From Klebsormidium nitens (Eukaryota > Plantae > Klebsormidiophyceae), in the NCBI GenBank assembly GCA_000708835.1, contig DF236973.1, positions 104,548-168,547 on the forward strand: a stretch of DNA of 64,000 nucleotides, given 5' to 3'. Below, one piece after another: positions 50,901 through 59,900 of the stretch (position 1 is the stretch's first letter; each line of letters begins with the position of its first letter). The notes under the pieces are model-generated. The model worked only from the letters and a program-made list of their open reading frames with translations. It did not search any database and was not told the origin of the DNA. Both the position numbers and the translations under genes were made by a program.

Positions 50901-52767
50901 ACGGTTGGCTCCTTAAGAGCGCCGTTCCGACCGACCACGTATGCCACGTGGCAGTCGAGAAGGCTCATCATAATCCGATAATCGTGCTGATTATTTGCTT
51001 TGACAATGGAAACGTAGCAACTTATCATGAACGAACACGATCGCCTCCCCGGGGGGCGCCATCCCGACCAACCAATTGTGCCACGTGGCGGTAAAAAAGG
51101 CTGACATGACCCTGCTATCGTGCTGATTCAATCGCATGCGATTGACAAAGGAAAGGTAATACGTACCATGAATGAACACGATCGCCTCCCGGGGGGCGCC
51201 GTTCCGGCCGACGATGTGCCCAATGTGGCAGTCGAGATCCATCACGATACAGCTCTCAATCGCGAGGCTCTTGCTCGTGTTCCCGGTGGGCCGCTTTCGA
51301 TACGAGCGCCACAAGAAGGGCAGGTCCGCGCCGTTCGATGCGACGTCGTCGAAGTCCGGGAGGGACACGCGGACGAAGCCCGTTGAGGGCGTGTGCGCGC
51401 GCGCTCTGCCGAAGAAGTCGTCGGGCGTGCGGCGGCCGGAGGGCGCGCGGACGGTGCAGAAGAAGAGGGCGACCTCCATGTAGCCTCTCCAGTTGGTGGA
51501 GTCGCCTGAGAAAAGGCTGAGGCATTATCGGGGACGAGAATCACGTGAGACTGAAACAGGGTCCAAAGCAGAACCATTTTGAATAAGAATTCTAGATGCC
51601 GCTGCGAGACTGGTGGAGAGGGCTGTATGAAGTAAGAACATAGAGGTTGAAGAGGCAACGTTTGAACACTCGGAAAACCGTACTTGGTGGGGCCGGGACG
51701 TTATACGAACATCGAAGAATAAAGGGCGGGCGTCCGAAGATGTCTTTGATTCGAATCCTTCTCGAGAAGAGACTCCAAGTCATTGGCTTTTCGAGGAGGC
51801 AAGAATACTAACTTGCATATGTAAAGGTTTTCCAAAGTTTGCTCAGGAGACATTCAGTTCAGGAGAGAAGCAGAGGGCTCTCAAAAACACCGTTGGAATA
51901 GTCGCAGTAGTACGTCTAGCACCAGGTCCGACCTTCGAGAACTCCCAATGGGTAGGGCGCGCAGCAAGAAATCAACACGATTAACATAACGTACCACAGA
52001 CGGCGTAAAAGATGGAAAACATTCATAACCTCAACTTGTGACGAAATAGCGGATCCTGGAAACTGGCTGTACTACTTCCCAAAGGGAAAGCTCGAAGCTT
52101 TGAGTCTACAAGTTGTTCAAGCTCAGCCGAAACCGCAGAACTTGACTTCGCTAGAAGATGATCGGTGATCGAAACTACGTTTCGACTGGCAAATGATATC
52201 CGCAGAGCAGATCCCAGTCACTTTCACCCTGCGCTCATCATTCATTGCTTCTTGGTCCCACTAGAAAATCGACTTTCCGGTGTTGCATGCACGATATTGA
52301 TGCAGCCTTCGCTCTACTTACCTTCACTGCTCCCCGCCTGCAGGTCTTCGCTCGGCTCCTCCCTTCCTCTTTCCAACTTCACATACATCAGCTGAAACAG
52401 ATTCAGCAGCTCCTGTTTCTCTCGCCACCGCTTCGGCAGCACCAGCCCGGCCGCGTCCCTAGCCGCGTGCGCGGCCATCTGCTTCAAAACCCTCGCCTTC
52501 TCCCCGGGCCAGCAACTGCTCCCTGATGGCGTCACCCAGGCTCTGCAGGACGCTGACGTCAGCATGCCCGTCCTTGTGCGCGCGCACGACTGGCAGGATG
52601 CGCTGATGGAGCTCCTGTGCGAAGGCGTGGTACTCGTCCCCCAGGCGCTGGCGAAGGTCGTCCAGATTGGCGACCAGGAACCTGAGGAGCAGCACGCGTT
52701 CCCGCTCTTCGTGAGAAGCTTGGTCGCCGGAAGTGCAGGGGTCATGCAAGCAACTAGAGAGGACCAT
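47978..52767 (-). CDS. DUF900/COG4782-type alpha/beta hydrolase (paralog B) with an N-terminal helical extension; apparent 1-nt frameshift near 52505
   Basis: Exons (~52767)-52322, 51505-51167, 50170-50067, 49449-49177 and 48424-47978, with consistent phases. Motifs FFCTVR...GFVRVSLP, AIVFIHG|FN, IFVFSWPS, VHVFAHSMG (nucleophile elbow), LVLAAPD and YCSANDKAL. In the first exon, the GC3-rich frame switches at the homopolymer tract ccccgggcc. Confidence 0.8.
50745..51166 (-). repeat. Three degenerate downstream copies (period ~140 bp) of the 3' end plus donor region of DUF900 exon 51505-51167
   Basis: catgaa.gaacacgatcgcctcccgggggg.gcc (+ strand) at 51167 (real) and 51026, a more diverged copy at 50890, and traces at ~50750. 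Confidence 0.85.
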
Positions 52768-52900
52768 CTTGCTCGTTTTTAGATAAATCTCCTTTGTGGT
52801 GACGCCGGGTGGCTGGTAGTGCAGGGGTCATGCAAGCAGCTAGAGAACCCGAGCGTCTTGCTCGCTGTCAGGTGATCAGCCTCCTCTGTGATGGCGCCGG
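52725..52900. repeat. Two-copy tandem duplication (period 86 bp) over the putative DUF900-B start codon
   Basis: agtgcaggggtcatgcaagca.ctagaga at 52732 and 52818. On the minus strand the proximal copy reads gagcaagATG and the distal copy gagcaagACG. Confidence 0.8.
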
Positions 52901-53998
52901 CGCCGCTTGTAGACTGCCATCCTCAAGAAGAGGTTCGAGGGCACGAGACGACTTTTCTGGGACAGGCGTTGAAAACCGAAGTGCGAGCGTTTTCCTGAGA
53001 TGCAAGCGTTCTCCAAGTCTTCAACCAGATGCAGCGTTTGGTGTAAGAGATCGAGGTGTGGCTCAATGCACAATTGCAGGCTGCCGAGAAAGAAACTATC
53101 CAAGCTTGATCTGAAAGCCTGAATGGATGCTACCAACGAAGCGGTGCCCAATTCCAAGCTGCGATTGCATTCTTGGACCTTCGGATTGCCCGGATGAGAC
53201 GCCGCTTCCCTAGCGCTTTACAATACAGGGGAAAATACAAGGGAAATACAAGCTGCAAACTCGCACACGGAGCCGGTGAGACAACCAGCTGGCGGATGCC
53301 TGACAGGCCTTTCTCTTCGTCGCGTGCTGCGCTTGTCTGCAAGTCGAAAACTTTATTGAGAAGAAGCAAGTGCGCCGTCAATACTGCACTTCCTGCATGC
53401 TCTTGACTCGTCAGCTGTGAGAACAGTGTCAAGCTCGAACACACAGAATCAAGCTTCGTACAGGTTGCATGGCGACTCTTCTCCTCTAGTGCTGAAGCAG
53501 GAAGGAAAAGCACGTCGTCTGTTTCAATCAGAATTCACGATAATCTTACATGAAGGAACCCGAGACACCGTCTCCCTGTCCACTGAACTTGAAGGCGCTG
53601 ATCATCCGCAAAAGCGGGACGCGCAGAATTTCATGTTTAGGGTTTCAAGTTCGTCGAGGGTTTTGTGTTCAGCGCCCCTCCAGCTCCGAATCCCCCATGC
53701 ATGCGTTGGAACGTCACAGGGTACGTACCAGCGGAGAGGGACAGGCCAACCGAGGGCTCTCATCCACAGGAATGCCCCTAGCTTTGACCGGAGAAACATT
53801 GGTCTGGTATATCGTACCAAACATGGAAGCTTACCGAATACCGATCGAGATCAGCAGGGGGGGATGGGAAAAACACGACACATTCAATCTGCAGCGCTAG
53901 CGCGCGCGCTATCGCTCAAAAGACTGAAGGCTTTCTCTACTTTTCTTTCACTCCAGGACACCAAACGTTAGAACTGCTGTTTTCAAGAATCAAGCGCA

Positions 53999-56900
53999 AT
54001 GGCTCCCAGCAAAGGAAAAGCGGGCCTGACCTTGGGTGGTATAGGCTCCTCACTCTCCGTTGCCGATGTCTACAATGTGGCTGCAAAGAAGGGGAAGGTG
54101 GCGCTGGACACTGCGGCGCTTGAGAAGCTGGCAAAAACCTTGGCGGCACGGCTCAAAGGTGATGTAAAAGTGAAGGACGCAGAGCCTGAGGAAACAAACG
54201 AGGCTGCTGCAAGTGGTGTTGCCAAGGTGAGGGGGAATGGAGCCCAATTTTGTCTGCAGGCGCCTAACATGCCATCATAGAGTTTGGGGCTGCATTTGCT
54301 TGCGAAACTGTTGCTTCCAAGTGGTGGCAATGGTGCGATGCTTGATCCTGCTACCATGGAAGCTGCAGAATTGCATGCTGTCAGTGTTGCGAAGTTGTGG
54401 CCTGTTGTACGACATGCCTACATTGAGTCGATTCTTTTAGGTTCTGAGAGCCGTCTGCGAATGCGAATAATCAGCAATATGGCTCAAGTAAACTTCTCAT
54501 AAGGTCACTGACCTTTTCGGATTCTGAGAGTTTATCCAGGATAAATGCCCTGTTTATGTACAGACCTGGAGATCAGGATCTCTTTCTTTTGCATTTCTTG
54601 ATTTGCTCTACTACCGGTGGGTGGAAGCTGATTGTCTGCTCTGCCTGGAACAAACTTTTCCCTCCCTCAGTTTGAAGCTGTTCCTCTTTTCCAGGAATGG
54701 CTCTCGGATCCTGAAAGCCGGGCAGCGCTCCTCGTGAAGCTGACCGAACTCATCAACAGTGGCGCCCTCCGACCTGCGGCTCTCCAGTTCTTCGAAAGCG
54801 TTCTGAACAGCCAAGTCACCTTGAGCCTCCCCTCCTCCGCCACTGACGCCCCCATTCTGAGAGCCCTCGCCGGCGGCGCCGATGGGAACTGGAACGCTCC
54901 TCAAATAGGCGTTCAGCAGGAGAAGGCAGTTGAGACTCTCGCCGGAAACGAAACGGGTGTGAGCAAACCCCCGGGGTTAAGTGCTGCTGAAAAAGTTGCC
55001 GTCGGCCAGGGGATCGCTGCGTCAGTTGGAGTCTCGGCGTTGGCAGTGTTTGAGGCAGAGCGGCTGGTTGAGATCATTGATGCGGTGGGGGCGCTCACGT
55101 GTGAGGCCCTAGGGGCAGTCACGACGGGATTTGATGCGGACGTGCACGACGTTGGGAACCCGCACAAGTGTCAGGTGAGGGCAGGATTTGCGCTCTCTGG
55201 CTGCAGCGCTGATTATGGTTAAGACCAAGTTTGGATCCCTAACTTTTCTTTGATGATGAAAGAGGAAACACCATCTTGTTCAGCATGCGTTGAATCTTTC
55301 AGTGGACTGATGCAATGCCTGCTGATCACAAGCCCACGGTGGTGATTGATTTTGCGACTCCTCTTCCTAAGAGATGTCGCTGGAGGAGATTCGTGCGCTG
55401 GTATGCAAAAACTGAACATGGAAAGCAAGCTTAAGCATTTTGTCAGACTGCATTGGTCGTGGAAAAGCCTACTCACTGGGATCAGATCCGTTTCATAATG
55501 GACCGATTGTCACTGCTTTGGTTGATGTAGAGCCTCAGCGCCATCAATCAGGGGAGGTGAAAAAGCGGTCATATCCTACGGCGGGCCGATATTGACTGAA
55601 CACCTTGATCGCCACCTTTCCCTTCCTGATTTCGATTTGATTGCTCGTTCCTGCAGGTGGAGGTGGCAAGCGACCTGCGGTCCCTCTTGGAAGGCTCCAC
55701 ACTGGTCAATCCCCGGAAGGGCGGTCTGAATACCCCCGCCGTCTCAGCCATGCCTCAATGGCACGGCCCCCTGCGAGGGACCGTCAGGTCCGCTTCCAGC
55801 GCCGTCAGAGTCGAGTTTGCCAGCGGGGGCGGCGCACCCGAAGGTGCCTCAGCCGACGGCGAACTTTCTGGGGGGGGCTCCAAGACTGGCGGGGCAGAGT
55901 ACGTCCCATCCCCCCAGGTCGTGATCGACACGACGGTGCTACTGATGATGCTCCGCCGTGTCGTGGGGCTCTCTGTAGATAGGATCTGTGAGCTGGTGAA
56001 GGCTCTGGAAGGACTAGAGGTTCCGGAGGGCCAGGGGGCGTCTAAAGATCCCGACGCGCTGGTACGGACCGCGCATGACGCGCTAGCGAAACTTGGCGTT
56101 GCTGCGGAAAACGCATCTACCACGATGGCGGGTGGGAATAGGGCCGACGGCGTTTCGTCCCAGATTCCAAGGGTGAAGATTGCTCGGGATGCGTTGTCAG
56201 GGGTTCAAACGGCCCGGGGCATTTTTGCGGCGGAAGCGTTTTTGGCGGGAAAGCTGCTGAAGGCGAAAGAGACGGCGCTTGCAGGGAAAGTCGGTGGGAA
56301 AGGGGGGAAGGAAATCGGGGGAAAGGGGGAGGGGCCAAAGGAGACTCCGAAGAACGAGGCGGCGAAAGCCAACTCCAATGACGAGAAGAAGCAGCCGAAA
56401 GACACCAAGAAGAGTCCGGAGAGTGCAGAGAACGGGGCGGTCAAGACGACGGGAATTGAGTCGGGGGTGGCAGCCGTTTCTCTAGATGGGCCTACAGGAA
56501 AGGCTGACAAGAAAGCAGTGCAGGAAACGGACGGGCAAGCACCTTCTACGTCAGGCGCGCCGGAAGCAAACACAGCAGATGGCAGAAGGCAACCCAAAGA
56601 AGGATCTGCGGACGGTAAACAGAAATCGGAAGGTGGTCGCGGGAAGGGCCGGGCCGCGAAGCCGGAGGGCGGTTCAGAGCAGGGGGGTGCCGAGCGGGGT
56701 CGTGGGAGGGGGGGTGCAAAAGCGTCGGAAAAAGCGGAGAAGAAGGCGAAGAAAGGCGGGGTAGCGCTTGGGAAGGGGACGGCGCTTGTGAAGGAGTTTG
56801 TGGACGGGGTGTTTGCTCGCGAGGGGGGGGAGGACAGGGCGGTTTTGGCTGCGCTTTCGGTGGCGCTGGACCCCCTGAGTAAGGAACTGGGGGAGCTGGT

Positions 56901-59900
56901 CGGGAAGGTGAAGGAGGCGCTGGAGAGCAACGCGGCAAGGCGGAAACCGAAGATTGCCAAGGTCGGTGGTTGCACCTATCCACATTTCGCTTCGTCCAAA
57001 GTGTTCTCAGAACTTGATGCGTTTGACATTTGGAAGTCCGCTACAACTTACTTCCTTCTGAGATAAAGTTTGCGGCTCGAGCATTGGTCCAACAACTCTA
57101 TTTTAATACAACGAAACGCTATCCATACACAGTAGGCAGCTCTGTTATCATGTGCAAGGCACAAAGGTTCAGAAACCGACATCCAGAGACCTCTCCAGAA
57201 CGACAGGGGCGACAGTCCATGCCGAGAGTACCGAGGACATGGTTCTGAAAGGGATGCCAGAAGGTAGTGCACGGGTCTTGTAAAGGGACGGCTAAGCTCA
57301 GAAACTGAAACTTGATTTCTGAACCACCTCTGGAAAGGGATGTGTTCCAAACACGTCCAATCACACCTACGACACCAAGGCTAGACATCTCCGCGACAAA
57401 GCGTCGACTTAGGATAAGTACGCATAAGCAATAGAAAGCTTGCCAGCCTGAGACGGCTCGGATTACTTGGAGAACTTGATGTGGGTAAGAGTGAGGAGTT
57501 GGTGGGGATTTGAGGGTCAGGTTTTTCAATTTTAAGCTAGCAGCTTAATATTCCTGATGCTTATTGAACCTAAATTGAAGAAGCATATCTTCTTTTCTGC
57601 AGGGCGCGCGAGACTTCATGCCGGAGCAGATGGCCATCCGGGAGAAGGCCTTTGCGACCATCACGGCCGTGTTTAAGCGCCACGGAGCGGTTTCTTTGGA
57701 CACGCCCGTGTTCGAGCTGCGGGAAACGCTGACCGGCAAATACGGCGAGGACTCCAAGCTCATCTACGACCTCGCAGACCAGGTGCGTCAGAAGCAAGTT
57801 TGAGGCCGTCCTCTTGAGTCTCTTCTTATGTTCGCTTCTGTGATGGTTGAGAGCTCGTCTACACACTCTCCGAATAAGTGCGTGACAGAGTTTTGTGAGG
57901 CTGTCGTTACTTTTGCTCTATTTGTCACCTTGTGTGCTTCTCCTCTCTTGCTGCCCCTCTCTAACCCCTTGAGACTTTGCAGACCAGTGAATCAGCAGTG
58001 TGAAATTTATCGTCCGCTACCATTTTGAATGTGGCTTTTCCGTGGCCGACGACGCAAATAGTACGTAAGAAAAAGGTTCAGGGCTTTTTGGCTCAGCTCT
58101 GTCCCAGTATTGTTCTGTTAAGGTTCACTTTTATCTTGCAGAATAGTGGATCGAAGGAGGTCTGAAGAAGCTCGACACCTTCCGTTCCGTTTGTCAAATC
58201 TGCTGTCACTGCGAAGCATCTACAGTCGGGCGGAGCAGCGAAGGACCATTTTTTGCCTGCACTCATTCGAGTTCCTCATCTTCTAAGTTGCCTGTTTCGT
58301 CCAGGGCGGCAAGTTACTCTTTTTGACCTAATGGTAATCTTTGCGCGTTACATTACGTTGAACAAGATGAAGCGGTTCATTCTCTTCCTTTCTTTCCCTG
58401 ATTTGCACCACTAACTCCGATGAATAAACACTTTCCCAACACGACCTATTCGGAGGGCTGCGAAGATGTCGAATTGAACTAGATTCTACTGTGTCGTCTA
58501 TTCTCTCCCTGCGTTACGACCTGACGGTCCCTTCCACGCTCTACGTCGTATTGCAGGTTCGGTCAAACCTGGCCGCCTGACCCGAGAACCGATTGGGACC
58601 GATCGCAGAACTTGCCGATGCGCAGAACATTGACCCTTCGATTTCGCAGAAGGACTTCATCGAACGGCCCAACTTCTGCCCCTGTGCCCGTGAATAAGTT
58701 TTTACAATCAGCTCTGACCGGACTCACCGGCCAGGTTTTGCAGAACTTGGGCCGTTCGATGAAGGGCAAATTTAGATCATCGAAGGGAGGCAAGGCACAC
58801 AGGGGGATAGGNNNNNNNNNNNNNNNNNNNNNNNNNNNNNNNNNNNNNNAAGTTTTTACAATCAGCTCTGACCGGACTCACCGGCCAGGTTTTGCAGAAC
58901 TTGGGCCGTTCGATGAAGGGCAAATTTAGATCATCGAAGGGTCTTAAGTTCTGCGCATCGGGCAAGTTCTGCGATCGGTCCCCAATCGGAATTGGGTCAG
59001 GCGGCCAGGTTTGGCCAAATGTGCAATAATGCACAACATGGACAAGATGAAACAAGAAGATGCTGCGCTGGATTGCTTCTGATCGCAGAGCGGAACTAAG
59101 TCTCACTGTGTCGTCTATGCAGGGCGGCGAGATCCTGTCCCTGCGCTACGACCTGACGGTCCCCTTTGCGCGCTACGTTGCGATGCACAACATCGCCAAG
59201 ATGAAGCGGTACCACATCGCGCGGGTCTACCGGCGGGACCAGCCGCAAATGGCGCGCGGCCGCTACCGCGAGTTTTACCAGTGCGACTTCGACATTGCCG
59301 GGGAATATGCGCCGATGGTCCCGGATGCGGAGGTGCTCAAAGTGTCGACGGAGATTTTGGACGATCTGAAGATTGGGGACTACGAGGTGGGTTTGAGACG
59401 CGAAGCTGTTTGTATCACGCCACAAGCCCAGCCCTTTAGGAGACCGTGACTAGGTTTTTCTGAACAAGCGTGGGCTGTCTGGAAACGGTTCAATTACTGT
59501 TGGCACAACCGGTCTATATTTCAATCTCGTTTTGTGACCTTAAATCAGCTCGTCATTGATGCATTCGAACATTACAAGGTTGCAACGACTGTGCGAGTTT
59601 ATGCGAACGCGGAGTATTGTTTGCTCGAGTCGAAGTTCTTTAATTTCTGAGTAGGTTCCAATCAATGTACGGCCGCTGCGGCTTGTCGATTACCCCACCC
59701 TGTGTTGCCCTAATGTCACCAAGTGCGTCTGCAAACTTTTCTGCTAGGCCGGCCTTGATTCAATTACGGCGCTCCTTTTCCACTGCAGATCAAGCTGAAT
59801 CACCGGAAGTTGCTGGACGCCATGCTGGACATCTGTGGAGTGCCCGCCGAGAAGTTCCGCCCCATCTGCTCCGCCATCGATAAGCTCGACAAGGTACGGA

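Noticed and set aside
51740-51760. gattcgaatcc, resembling a tRNA B-box
   Set aside because: No cloverleaf or A-box at the right spacing. I found no tRNA or rRNA gene in the window.
2060-52767. Idea that LanCL, GRXS15 and the hydrolases form a functional glutathione or RiPP gene cluster
   Set aside because: They are separated by unrelated housekeeping genes (VPS8, ACBP4), and nothing in the sequence supports co-regulation beyond the shared 120-bp element, which is reported separately.
56117-56985. Several long minus-strand ORFs in HisRS exon 3 and in VPS8 exons (26552-27217, 30223-30899)
   Set aside because: These are antisense ORFs expected in GC-rich, low-complexity coding sequence.
58696-58941. 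Exact ~90-bp direct repeat flanking the N gap
   Set aside because: It is 100% identical and separated by a 454 adaptor remnant and Ns, so it is an unmerged contig overlap, not a biological repeat.
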